A stretch of DNA of 64,000 nucleotides from Nitrospirota bacterium (GTDB lineage Bacteria; Nitrospirota; UBA9217): contig CAVVOB010000015.1 of assembly GCA_963749655.1 (NCBI GenBank), positions 122,742-186,741 of the forward strand, written 5' to 3'. Each line of letters begins with the position of its first letter. Position 1 is the stretch's first letter. The notes beneath the pieces are model-generated. The model saw only the letters and a program-made list of their open reading frames with translations. It was not told the origin of the DNA and made no database searches. This document shows positions 9,869 through 19,840 of the stretch, piece by piece. The position numbers and the translations under genes were made by a program.

Positions 9869-9939
9869 CTACTATGCGGAGCGCGGAATTGAATCTCGAT
9901 ATTTTGCTGCTGCAACAGCCATTTCAGGGAGGGTTGTGA

Positions 9940-10437
9940 ATGGAACTGGACAAAAAAGCATGGCCTCAAATTCAAGAAATATTCCGAAACGCTTTTCGCA
10001 GCTCGTTCCATTTCTCGATCGCCACGGTCAATGAAGACGGCTCGCCCCATGTTACGCCGATCGGCTCGCTGATCCTGCAGGACGACCGGACCGGATTTTA
10101 CTTTGAAGAGTACACGACCAACCTGACGCGGAACCTGGCTCGCGACAAAAGGGTCTGCGTCATGGCCGTGAACAGCAGCAAGTGGGCATTGATAAAATCA
10201 TTCTTCCTCGGCAAGTTCATCACGCCGCCCGGCGTGCGGCTTATGGGGACCGCGGGAGAACGGCGGGAAGCGACCCCGGCGGAGCAGGCCCTGTTCCGGA
10301 AGCGTGTGAGAAAATACCGGATGTTCAAAGGCCACGATCTGCTCTGGAGCAGGCTTCGTCATGTCCGCGAGATCCGGTTCGACGCCTTTGAACCTATCCG
10401 CGTGGGAGTATTGACCCGTCATATGTGGAAGGACTGA
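9940..10437 (+). CDS. Pyridoxamine 5'-phosphate oxidase-like (FMN-binding split barrel) protein
   Basis: IATVNEDGSPHVTPIGS...TRNLARDKRV motif. Confidence 0.8.
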   Translation: MELDKKAWPQIQEIFRNAFRSSFHFSIATVNEDGSPHVTPIGSLILQDDRTGFYFEEYTTNLTRNLARDKRVCVMAVNSSKWALIKSFFLGKFITPPGVRLMGTAGERREATPAEQALFRKRVRKYRMFKGHDLLWSRLRHVREIRFDAFEPIRVGVLTRHMWKD

Positions 10438-10489
10438 ATAAGCTTTCGGCTTAAAAAATTTTCGATCTAACAATCGAACAGGAGACCCT

Positions 10490-13084
10490 ATGACCCTCAC
10501 CACTCTCCTCCGCCGCGTCAGTCTCAAGCACGTCAGGCACCAGAAGACCCGGACGATCATCGCCATGCTCGGCATCTCCCTGGGCGTGGCGACCATGGTC
10601 GCGATCGACATCGTGAACACGAGCGTGCTCCGTTCGTTCGAGGAATCCATCAACAACGTCACAGGCAAGGCCGCGCTCCAGGTCACGGGAGCGGAATCCG
10701 GGTTCCCTGAAGCCATGCTCGAACGGGTGCAGAACGTGCCGGGTGTGGAATTCGCCCTGCCGGTGATCCAGACGAATGCGATGTTTTCCGAAGGAAGCAA
10801 GCAATCGTTCATGATCCTGGGCATTGACGCGCTGCAGGACCACCAGATCAGAAGCTATAAGCTGTCGGACGAAAGCGCGGATATCCCCGATCCTCTGCTG
10901 TTCCTGGCAAAGCCCGATTCACTCCTGCTCACGAAAAAAATGGCCGAGCGCGAAGGCATCAAGATCGACCAGAAGGTCCGGGTCCAGACCGTGCAGGGCT
11001 TCAAGACCCTCACGGTGCGCGGCTTGCTCGACCCCGAAGGTCCGGCGAAGGCAGCGGACGGCGACATCGCGGTCATGGACGTGTACGCCACCCAGCTCGC
11101 GTTCGGCAAAGAAGGCAGGATCGACCGGATCGACGTGAGCATGCTTCCCGGTGAGACCCTCGACGGGATGAAAGCGAAGATCGCGGCCGCGCTTCCCGCT
11201 GGCTATGTGATCGACACGCCCATGGAGCGGAGCAGGCAGGTCGAGCTCACGCTCGCGCGCTTCAAAAAAAGCATGAGCATCGTCGGGGTCATGGCCCTGC
11301 TCGTGGGCATGTACCTGATCTACAACGCGGTCTCCATCTCCGTGGTGCACCGCAGGAAGGAGACCGGCATTCTCCGGGCATTGGGCTGCACCCGGGGCCA
11401 GGTGCTGCGGCTCTTCCTGTTCGAGACCGTGGTGCTCTCCGGCATCGGGTCGCTCCTCGGCGTCGGGCTCGGCATCCTGTTCGCCAAGGCGACCGTGGGC
11501 ATCGTGGCCCAAAGCGTGACCGACCTGTACCTGAAAACATCGGTTTCCGAACTCGCGTTCTCCCATTTCGGCCTGATCTTCGATGCCAGCCTGGGGATCA
11601 TGACGAGCCTCGCCGCTGCTCTCGTCCCCGCTTCCGCGGGTGCAAAAATTTCACCGATCTCCGCCATCCGCGTCCAGCCTTATACGGACGGCAATCTATT
11701 GCTCGGGAAAAAAATCAAGATCGCGGCCGTCTGCTCCGTCATCCTGTCAGGCGTCATTCTGCTCGCGTATAAAAACGCAGACCCCGCGTCAACCATCAGG
11801 TCGGCAGGCACGACCTCCATATCCATGCTGTTTCTCGTACTCGGCATATCTCTGGCAACGCCGTCGCTCCTCCACGGGTTCATCGCGCTGTTTCACCGAT
11901 TCCTCTCCCCGCGCCTGGGCGCCGGTGGCAGGCTCGCGGGCCTGAATCTTCAAAAGAACATTTCCCGAAACGCCGTGGCCGCAGCAGCCGTGTTCTTCAG
12001 CATCACCATGCTCGTGAGCTCGGCTAATATGATCCACAGTCTGCGCGTCTCCCTGACCGAGTTCATCGAAGCCGTGACCCAGGCCGACATCCTGATCAGT
12101 TCGGGCCATCTCATGGCAAGCGGCGGCACGCCGAACATTCCCATGCCCGATTCGATGCGGAGCGAGATCGAAAAAGTGCCCGGTGTGCGCCTGGCGTACT
12201 CTTTCCGGAAAACAAACATACATTACGCCGGCAGGCGCATACTCCTTGAATCCTTTGATGTGGACCTCAGCAAGGATTACGTTGTTTTCAATCTGTTCGC
12301 CGACGGCAAACGAGCGGACATGATCAGGCTCCTTCCGCGGCAGGATTACGTGGTAGTGAATGAATCCCTTGCAGCGCGGCACAACCTCAAGCCCGGCGAT
12401 TCCATCGACCTGCCCACCCCGGTCGGCGTGAGGCGTTTCGGCGTTGCCGCGATCGTGGTGGCCTATGAATCGGACTCCGGCGTCATCTGGATGGACATGC
12501 ATACCTATCGGCGATACTGGAAGGACACGGTCGCGGACATGTATGAAGTCATCATACAGCCCGGCTCGGACATCCAGACGGTGCGCAAAGCCCTGCTCGA
12601 CCGGTTCATGGGGGAACGGAGCCTCTTCGTCACTCCCGGCCGGGAATTCAAGGACGAGGTCATCAAGATGCTCGAGCGTTCCTTCGTGGTGAACAATGCC
12701 GTGCTGTTCATCGAGATGATCATCGCGGGATTCGGCATCGTGATCACGCTGTTGGCGAGCGTGCTGGAGCGGACGCGCGAGATAGGAATCCTGCGCTCCA
12801 TCGGCATGACCAGAAAGCAGATTTCGGGCATCGTGATCATCGAGTCTGCGATCCTCGGCGCCTGCGGCGGCGTCCTCGGGTCGGCTGCCGGCACGCTGGT
12901 CGGCTGGTTCAGCCTGGAAGGGTTCTTCCGGATCGACCTCGGCGGGAGCATCCGCTATGCGGTCCACGGCCCCTCCCTCTTCTGGGCATTCCTCTTTGCG
13001 ATCGGATTTTCAATACTCGCCGGTCTCTACCCCGCCCGGCGCGCAGCCGGGACGAATGTCGTCGAGGCGCTGGCATATGAATAA
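10490..13084 (+). CDS. MacB/FtsX-family ABC permease, paralog 2
   Basis: Same architecture as paralog 1 with shared motifs (DIPDPLLFLA, ERTREIGILRSIG). Confidence 0.92.
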   Translation: MTLTTLLRRVSLKHVRHQKTRTIIAMLGISLGVATMVAIDIVNTSVLRSFEESINNVTGKAALQVTGAESGFPEAMLERVQNVPGVEFALPVIQTNAMFSEGSKQSFMILGIDALQDHQIRSYKLSDESADIPDPLLFLAKPDSLLLTKKMAEREGIKIDQKVRVQTVQGFKTLTVRGLLDPEGPAKAADGDIAVMDVYATQLAFGKEGRIDRIDVSMLPGETLDGMKAKIAAALPAGYVIDTPMERSRQVELTLARFKKSMSIVGVMALLVGMYLIYNAVSISVVHRRKETGILRALGCTRGQVLRLFLFETVVLSGIGSLLGVGLGILFAKATVGIVAQSVTDLYLKTSVSELAFSHFGLIFDASLGIMTSLAAALVPASAGAKISPISAIRVQPYTDGNLLLGKKIKIAAVCSVILSGVILLAYKNADPASTIRSAGTTSISMLFLVLGISLATPSLLHGFIALFHRFLSPRLGAGGRLAGLNLQKNISRNAVAAAAVFFSITMLVSSANMIHSLRVSLTEFIEAVTQADILISSGHLMASGGTPNIPMPDSMRSEIEKVPGVRLAYSFRKTNIHYAGRRILLESFDVDLSKDYVVFNLFADGKRADMIRLLPRQDYVVVNESLAARHNLKPGDSIDLPTPVGVRRFGVAAIVVAYESDSGVIWMDMHTYRRYWKDTVADMYEVIIQPGSDIQTVRKALLDRFMGERSLFVTPGREFKDEVIKMLERSFVVNNAVLFIEMIIAGFGIVITLLASVLERTREIGILRSIGMTRKQISGIVIIESAILGACGGVLGSAAGTLVGWFSLEGFFRIDLGGSIRYAVHGPSLFWAFLFAIGFSILAGLYPARRAAGTNVVEALAYE

Positions 13085-13195
13085 CAACAATGTCTAAATC
13101 CGGATACCGAAATTCTAAATGGATCTGTTTGGATTTTTATCATTCGATATTATTTAGGATTTCGAGCCTGGAATTTCGAATGTAACGGGAGACTT

Positions 13196-15781
13196 ATGAC
13201 TCTCTTCACCCTGCTCCGCCGCATCAGCCTCAAGCACATCAGGTACCAGAAGGCCAGGACCGTCATCGCCGTTTTCGGCATCGCGCTGGGCGTGGCGTCG
13301 ATGGTATCGATCGATATTGTGAACGGGAGCGTTCTGCGGTCTTTCGAGGATTCCATCAACCGTGTTGCAGGCAGGGCTTCGCTCCAGGTCACGAGCGCTG
13401 ATTCGGGCTTTCCCGAGGAGATGATCGACCGCGTCCAGAAGGTTCCCGGCGTCGAATATGCCCTGCCGGTCATAGAAACAAACGCTGACTTTTCGGAAGG
13501 CACCGGACGCTCCTTCATGATACTGGGCGTTGATTCGCTCCAGGACCACAAGCTGCGGAGCTACTCGCTGACCGACGAAAGCGCCGACGTCCCCGATCCG
13601 CTGATGTTCCTTGCACGATCCGACTCCATTCTATTGACGAAAAAGATGGCCGACCGGGAAGGCATCAGGATAGACCAGGCGATACGCATCCAGACCGTCC
13701 AGGGGATCAAGACCTTTTATGTACGAGGCCTCCTGAATCCCGACGGCCCCGCCGGCGCGGCAAGCGGAGACATCGCCGTCATGGACATCTATGCGGTGCA
13801 GAAGGTATTCGGCAAAGACGGAAAAATCGACCGTATCGACGTGAGCTTCCTGCCGGACATGAACCTGGATATCATGAAGGAACGCATCCAGGCCGCTCTT
13901 CCCGAGGGCTATTACGTGGACACGCCCATGGGCAGATCCCGGCAGATCGAAAACGCGACCCTGCGGTTCAGGAAAAGCATGGGTTTGGTGAGCTTCCTGG
14001 CCCTGTTCGTGGGAATGTTTCTCATTTACAACACCGTCGCCATATCCGTGGTGCAGCGCAGGAGGGAGATCGGAATTCTGCGCGCCCTGGGAGCGACCCG
14101 GCGCCGCATCATCGGCCTGTTCCTGGGCGAGACCGCAGTGCTGTCCGCGGTGGCGTCCCTGATCGGTCTCGGGCTCGGCTTTGTCTTCGCGAAAATGACC
14201 GTCGGCGCGGTCGCGCAAAGCCTGACGGACACGACAATCCGGGCGACGGTCACCGACCTCGTCTTCACGTGGAAAGATTTCGGCCTGGATGCGGCGACCG
14301 GCATCGGCGCCAGTCTTGCCGCCGCGCTGCTCCCTGCATCGAACGGTTCGCGCATCACCCCCATATCGGCAATCCGCAGCACGCCTTATTCCGACGACGG
14401 CTTCCTGCTGAGCAGCAGGATCAAGCTGCTCTCCCTGTTTTCCATCCTTGCGGCGCTCGTGATGTTCATGGTCTATACGCGCACTGATGCATCTTCGAAA
14501 AGCTCATCAATGGTATTCTGGACCATGGCCCTGCTCCTTCTCGGCGTATCCCTTGCGACGCCGGCGTTTCTAAAGGGTTTCATGCAGCTCTTGCACGGCC
14601 GGCTTGCAGCACGTTTCGGCGCAAGCGGAAGGCTGTCGGGCCTGAATCTTCAGAAGAACATCTCCCGCAATGCCGTGGCGGTAGCGGCCGTGTTCTACGG
14701 TATAGCGCTGTCCGTGGGGACGTCGGGGCTGGTGCACAGTGTGCGTGTCTCTTTGTACGATTATTTCGACTCGATCATCAGCGCCGATATTATAATCAGC
14801 TCCGGGAACTCCCTGGCCATGGGCAGTTCCTCGAACATTCCCATGCCCGTGGAGATGGTCAAGGACGTCGAGGAAGTGCCGGGCGTGCTCTCCGCGGAGC
14901 CCTTCCGAAAGGTGTATCTGAACTACGGAAACCGCCGGATCCTCCTGGAGGTGTTCGATGTGGCCTTCAGGATGCAGCACTGCCCTTTCATGATCGCCGG
15001 GGGCAGCAGGGAGGACATGCTCCGGAAGCTGCCCGGACAGGACAATGTCGTCGTTGACGAAGGCTTCGCCATCAGGAACCACATAAAGCCGGGAGACACC
15101 ATCTCTCTTCCCACGCCCCTGGGACCGCGCAAATTCGGCGTGGCGGCGATCGTCGTGGCCTACGATTCGGACGCAGGCACGATCTGGATGGACATAAATA
15201 CCTTCCAGCACCTTTGGAAGGACAAGCTGGTCGACATCGTCGAAGCGCGCGTGAAGCCCGGCGCCGACCTGTCCCGGGTACGCGAGGCGATCTTGAAGCG
15301 GTTCGGCAGCGAGCGGAAACTGTTCGTCCTGCCGGCCCGTGAATTCAAGGAGGAGCTCCGCAAGATGCTGGATCGGATGTTCGTGGTGAGCAACGCCGTC
15401 AATATCATCACCCTGATCATCGCCGGATTCGGCATCATCGTCACGCTCCTTGCATCGGTCCTGGAGCGCACCCGGGAAATCGGCATTCTGCGCTCCATCG
15501 GCATGACGAAAAAACAGGTCGCCCTCGTGGTCATCATCGAGTCCATGCTCATCGGCGCGGCAGGCGGGCTGCTGGGCGCGGCCACGGGCATCGCAATCGG
15601 CTGGCTGAATGTCGAGGGCTTCTTCCGCGTGGATTTCGGCGCCAGCGTCAGCTATCATATTCACATCCTGTCGATTATCCTGGCCGTGGCGCTCGCTGTC
15701 ACACTCTCGGCCGTGGCCGGGCTCTATCCCGCCTGGAGGGCGGCAAAAACCAATATCACGGAGGCGCTGACATATGAATAG
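13196..15781 (+). CDS. MacB/FtsX-family ABC permease, paralog 3
   Basis: Same architecture; ends EALTYE. Confidence 0.92.
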   Translation: MTLFTLLRRISLKHIRYQKARTVIAVFGIALGVASMVSIDIVNGSVLRSFEDSINRVAGRASLQVTSADSGFPEEMIDRVQKVPGVEYALPVIETNADFSEGTGRSFMILGVDSLQDHKLRSYSLTDESADVPDPLMFLARSDSILLTKKMADREGIRIDQAIRIQTVQGIKTFYVRGLLNPDGPAGAASGDIAVMDIYAVQKVFGKDGKIDRIDVSFLPDMNLDIMKERIQAALPEGYYVDTPMGRSRQIENATLRFRKSMGLVSFLALFVGMFLIYNTVAISVVQRRREIGILRALGATRRRIIGLFLGETAVLSAVASLIGLGLGFVFAKMTVGAVAQSLTDTTIRATVTDLVFTWKDFGLDAATGIGASLAAALLPASNGSRITPISAIRSTPYSDDGFLLSSRIKLLSLFSILAALVMFMVYTRTDASSKSSSMVFWTMALLLLGVSLATPAFLKGFMQLLHGRLAARFGASGRLSGLNLQKNISRNAVAVAAVFYGIALSVGTSGLVHSVRVSLYDYFDSIISADIIISSGNSLAMGSSSNIPMPVEMVKDVEEVPGVLSAEPFRKVYLNYGNRRILLEVFDVAFRMQHCPFMIAGGSREDMLRKLPGQDNVVVDEGFAIRNHIKPGDTISLPTPLGPRKFGVAAIVVAYDSDAGTIWMDINTFQHLWKDKLVDIVEARVKPGADLSRVREAILKRFGSERKLFVLPAREFKEELRKMLDRMFVVSNAVNIITLIIAGFGIIVTLLASVLERTREIGILRSIGMTKKQVALVVIIESMLIGAAGGLLGAATGIAIGWLNVEGFFRVDFGASVSYHIHILSIILAVALAVTLSAVAGLYPAWRAAKTNITEALTYE

Positions 15782-16667
15782 ATTGCGGATTGTGAATTGC
15801 GGATTGCGGATTTTAGGATCAAAGACCTACGGAGCGGATAAGGGATTTCATAATCCAAAATCCGCAATCCGAAATTCGCAATTCCCCCGGTGGTTGCTGC
15901 GCGTGATAGCCGCAATAATCTTCCTCGGCATAACCATGCCGGTCTCGTCAACCTACGCTCTCTCGGGCCGCGACGTTTTCGAAAAAGTGCACGACGTAAG
16001 CTTAAAGGCGCTGGACCACAAGATCGAAATGACCATGGTCCTTTTCGACAAGGGCGGCGGAAAACGGAGCCGCACGCTCACGTCATTCAGCAAGAAAGCC
16101 GACCCCGAAGCGTATAAAGCGCTTGCTGTCTTCAAGAGCCCGCCTGACCTCAAGAACGTCGGTTTTCTGGTGCACGCCCATACGTTTTCCGATCGCGATC
16201 TCTGGGCATACTTTCCTGAATACAAGCGCGTGCGCCGCATCGCGAACACCTCCCAGGACGATTCGTTCTTCGGGTCCGATCTTTCCTATGATGATTTCAC
16301 CGGTCCGCCTAATCTCGACGATTTCAAGTTCAGCATTCTTAAAGAAGAGGACGTTGACGGGAAGCCGTGCTATGTCGTTGAAGTAACGCCGAAGACCCGC
16401 CGGAAGTATACGAAGTATATCTCCTGGGTGGCCAAGGACCTCTGGATCCAGCTCAAGATCGACTACTACCAGGACAAGGACATCTACCGCTCGGGCGTGT
16501 TCAAAGACGTCAGGATCATAGACCAGGTCCCCACGCCGTTCCAGAGCGAAATGGAGAATAAAAAAACCAGGCACAAAACGGAACTCACGATCGAAAGCGT
16601 GCAGTACAACACCCATTTTGCTGACGATCTGTTCACGCAGCGGTCGCTGGAACGGTCGGGGAAGTAA
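15774..16667 (+). CDS. Outer-membrane lipoprotein-sorting (LolA-like) periplasmic protein; start uncertain
   Basis: FKSPPDLKNVGFL...WAYFPEYKRVRRIA...SFFGSDLSYDD...DDLFTQRSL family motifs; the N-terminal ~38 codons are a translated heptamer repeat. Confidence 0.85.
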   Translation: MNRLRIVNCGLRILGSKTYGADKGFHNPKSAIRNSQFPRWLLRVIAAIIFLGITMPVSSTYALSGRDVFEKVHDVSLKALDHKIEMTMVLFDKGGGKRSRTLTSFSKKADPEAYKALAVFKSPPDLKNVGFLVHAHTFSDRDLWAYFPEYKRVRRIANTSQDDSFFGSDLSYDDFTGPPNLDDFKFSILKEEDVDGKPCYVVEVTPKTRRKYTKYISWVAKDLWIQLKIDYYQDKDIYRSGVFKDVRIIDQVPTPFQSEMENKKTRHKTELTIESVQYNTHFADDLFTQRSLERSGK

Positions 16668-16672
16668 TACCA

Positions 16673-18187
16673 ATGCGGAATGAAAAAAAATCGCAGAGGG
16701 CAGCGAGCATGGCGCAATGTGCAAAGAGTAACAGATTTTTCGCGATGTTCTATGCTCTATGCTCCATGCTCTATGCTCCCTGCCCCCTGCTCTATGCGGT
16801 CCGCGCGGTTCGGCCGGATAAACGACTGCTGGCCATATCGTTCGTAGTCGTAATGGCTTTTCTCGTTGTCGGAAATACCTACGCCGAAGAGACTCTCTCC
16901 CTCTCCGGCAGGCTGAACATGAGCGCTGTCGACGATCTGGACAAGGACAGCGTGAAGGAAGACCCCACCGTGGAAGGCAGGATCAAGCTTGATGCGACGG
17001 GAGAGAACTGGCGATTTCACTCATGGCTTGAAGGCGGGTTTGACGGGAGCGTGATACGGCCGCCGGAGGACCGCGGGCTGTTCAAAACCTACGACCGGGT
17101 CTACCAGAGCAATACGCCCTATCTGGAATTCAAGGACCTTTCCGTTACCCGTTCATCGGGAGATATGGAAATCAAGGCCGGGATCCAGCGCTTTGCCTGG
17201 GGCAGACTGGACGAATATCCTCCGAACGATCTGCTGAATCCCTGGGATTACACGCGGTTCCTCACAAAATCGCTGGAAGACAGAAAGATCGGCGTTCCCT
17301 CCGTCTCCTTGAATCTGACCAAAGGGGACTGGACCTATGAAACGGTCTGGGTCCCGATCATGGTGCCCTACCGGCTGGCCCTGCCCGAGGAACGATGGTC
17401 AGGGATCTCGTTCGGCCCCCTGCTTTCAGGCGTTCCGAATGCCGAAGTAATTCCAACAGAGCCCGATCTCCCGGCGCGCACTCTTGAAAACGGCAACTTC
17501 GGTTTTCGGGTAAAGCGCGGTGGAGACATCGAATGGGCGCTCAATCTCTTCGCAGGCTACGACCCGAACCCCGTGTTCAAAACCACGGCCCTCGTGATCG
17601 ACCTCCAACCGGGAAGAACAGCGATCGATCCGGGCTACACGCCGGACTTTCACAAGATCGTTTCGATCGGACTGGACGCCGCAACGGTCCTGGGCGATTG
17701 GAGCCTCCGCGCGGAAGGGGCCTGCATCGCGGGCCGCTTCTTCAATATCAGACAGGAACTCTGGGGATACCCGTCCGCTCCCGTTCCCGGCGTGAATCCC
17801 CTGAACGACATCGAGGTCAGGAGCAATGCCCTCGACTACGGGATCGGGGCCGACTACCGGCTGATCGAGGACGTCATGATGACGGTTCAGGCCCAGCAGT
17901 CCGTCATTCTGGACAGGCCCGACACGCTTTACGATCGGAAAATAGAGACCATCCTGTGGGCCAGCATCAAGGCGGGTTGGATGAACCAGAAAGTGGAAAC
18001 GAACGCGACCGTCGCCTGGAACCCCGAGCACGGGGACCGGATGACAAAGGCCGTCGTCTCCTATATCTTTACCGACGCATGGAAAGCGTCAATCACGGGA
18101 ATAGACCTGAACGGACCGGACCAGTCGGTTTTCGGAAGATATTCGATGAACGACCAGGTGGGAGGAGAAGTGGTGTATTCCTGGTAG
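16673..18187 (+). CDS. Probable outer-membrane beta-barrel protein (DUF1302-like); start uncertain
   Basis: Signal peptide ending NTYA; KAGIQRFAWGRLD...NDLLNPWD motif; amphipathic strands; C-terminal YSW aromatic signal. Confidence 0.7.
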   Translation: MRNEKKSQRAASMAQCAKSNRFFAMFYALCSMLYAPCPLLYAVRAVRPDKRLLAISFVVVMAFLVVGNTYAEETLSLSGRLNMSAVDDLDKDSVKEDPTVEGRIKLDATGENWRFHSWLEGGFDGSVIRPPEDRGLFKTYDRVYQSNTPYLEFKDLSVTRSSGDMEIKAGIQRFAWGRLDEYPPNDLLNPWDYTRFLTKSLEDRKIGVPSVSLNLTKGDWTYETVWVPIMVPYRLALPEERWSGISFGPLLSGVPNAEVIPTEPDLPARTLENGNFGFRVKRGGDIEWALNLFAGYDPNPVFKTTALVIDLQPGRTAIDPGYTPDFHKIVSIGLDAATVLGDWSLRAEGACIAGRFFNIRQELWGYPSAPVPGVNPLNDIEVRSNALDYGIGADYRLIEDVMMTVQAQQSVILDRPDTLYDRKIETILWASIKAGWMNQKVETNATVAWNPEHGDRMTKAVVSYIFTDAWKASITGIDLNGPDQSVFGRYSMNDQVGGEVVYSW

Positions 18188-18430
18188 GTTTTAAAAGCAG
18201 TTATGAGTTAACTGATTACAGCACAAATTTTGTTTACTTTTTCTTTTGTCTTTTAACTCAAAACTATAAACTAAAAACTTGTTTTTTAGGGGAAGTGGTG
18301 TACTCCTGGTAAGACTTTAAAGCAGTTGTGAGTTGTGAGTTTTGAGTTAACTGATTACAGTACGAATTTTGTTGTTTACGTTTTCTTTTGCCGTTTAACT
18401 CAAAACTAAAAACTGAAAACTAAAAACTTT
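18167..18430. repeat. Tandem duplication (~125-bp period) of the gene 3' end plus a GAGTTTT/AAAACT heptamer element
   Basis: GAAGTGGTGTAYTCCTGGTA at 18167 and 18292, each followed by AAAGCAGTT...GAGTTAACTGATTACAG...TTTAACTCAAAACTA. Confidence 0.85.
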
Positions 18431-18433
18431 CTT

Positions 18434-19840
18434 TTACAAGGTGACCACCCTGTTCCTTCCTTCTTCCTTCGCCTTATAGAGGGCCGTATCGGCCCGCGAG
18501 AAAACCCGCTCCGATCCCGAATCATTCTCATCAAGCGCGGTAACTCCCGCGCTCAGCGCGACGTCCACTTCCCTGATGCCGTCTCCGATCTTTTCGTCGC
18601 TGATGAGCTTCCGGATCCTTTCGGCCACGATGACCGTTTCTTCACGCGTCGACGCCGGACAGATGACCAGAAACTCCTCGCCGCCGACCCTGCCGACGAT
18701 ATCGTGCTTCCGGAGGCCCGCCTTGATGCGCGCGGCAACGACGCGAAGGACCACGTCGCCGAACAGGTGCCCGTGGGCATCATTGATCTGCTTGAAGTGG
18801 TCGATATCGAGCATGATGAGGCTGAGCGCCCCGCCGGTCCGCTTCGAACGCTGAAATTCCTCTTCCAGCCGCTCCACGATGTAGCGCCGGTTCCGGAGGC
18901 CGGTGAGATCGTCGGTGATCGCCATCAGCTTCAGATGGGACTGGGCCTCATTCAGCCGCTTGACCAGCTTGAGCAGTTCGTCGTCGCTGTACTTGTCCAG
19001 GATGTTGCGGAACGTCTCAACCATGGCGAAGATCCGGCCTTCGCTGTCCCGTACAGCCGAGGCCGAGATCTCGAAATGCCGCTCCCCTCCCTGGCGGTCG
19101 AAATGGGTATGGAGCACCTTGACCGTGTTTTCCCCGCGCTCGAAGATGCGCGGCAGAGGGCAGATGATATGCGGACCTTCGCAGGGGGTGTCCCGTTTAT
19201 GGGTGACGGAATAGCATTTTCTGCCGATCAGGTCGGCGATATCGGTGCCGAGCGACGCAGCAGCAGCCGCATTGGCCCTGATAATCCGGTAGTCACGGTC
19301 GATGACCACGACGCCGTCGGTCATGCTTTCCATGATGCTTTCCACATTGTTCCGGGCCGCTTCCAGCTCAACTACCTTGTCCTTCAGTTTCTTTACGAGC
19401 TGCTCGTTGTATTTCTTCAGGAAGACAGGTTCTTCGAGCGGCGGCCTGACCGGCTGCGCCGACTGCCTGTCGCGCCCGGATTCGAGCGCTTCCCTGACCG
19501 TAGCGACGATGTCCGAAGGACGACAGGGTTTGATCAGAAAACGCGACACACCCAGGGCAACTGCCAGGTCCCGGTCTTCCGCATCGAGATAGTTGGCGGT
19601 AAGGAACACGACAGGAAGCGTCCTCAGGTCGTCGTCCTGCCTGACGGCGCGAAGGAACTGGAAGCCGTCCATATGGGGCATTAAAACATCGGTGACGACA
19701 AGGTCGGGCCTCCCGTCCCTGGCGAGTGCAAGCCCTTCCGAACCGTCCCGGGCGAGCAAGACTTCGTATCCTTCGGCTATGAGCGTTTCCCGCAGGACGT
19801 TCCGAACGACGTCATTGTCGTCGATGATGAGAATTTTCAT
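18434..19840 (-). CDS. Response-regulator diguanylate cyclase (REC-PAS-GGDEF)
   Basis: REC (IIDD...TDVLMPHMDG...KP), PAS (IGRKCY), DDLTGLRNRR, RKHD I-site, GGEEF. Confidence 0.93.
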   Translation of the reverse strand: MKILIIDDNDVVRNVLRETLIAEGYEVLLARDGSEGLALARDGRPDLVVTDVLMPHMDGFQFLRAVRQDDDLRTLPVVFLTANYLDAEDRDLAVALGVSRFLIKPCRPSDIVATVREALESGRDRQSAQPVRPPLEEPVFLKKYNEQLVKKLKDKVVELEAARNNVESIMESMTDGVVVIDRDYRIIRANAAAAASLGTDIADLIGRKCYSVTHKRDTPCEGPHIICPLPRIFERGENTVKVLHTHFDRQGGERHFEISASAVRDSEGRIFAMVETFRNILDKYSDDELLKLVKRLNEAQSHLKLMAITDDLTGLRNRRYIVERLEEEFQRSKRTGGALSLIMLDIDHFKQINDAHGHLFGDVVLRVVAARIKAGLRKHDIVGRVGGEEFLVICPASTREETVIVAERIRKLISDEKIGDGIREVDVALSAGVTALDENDSGSERVFSRADTALYKAKEEGRNRVVTL

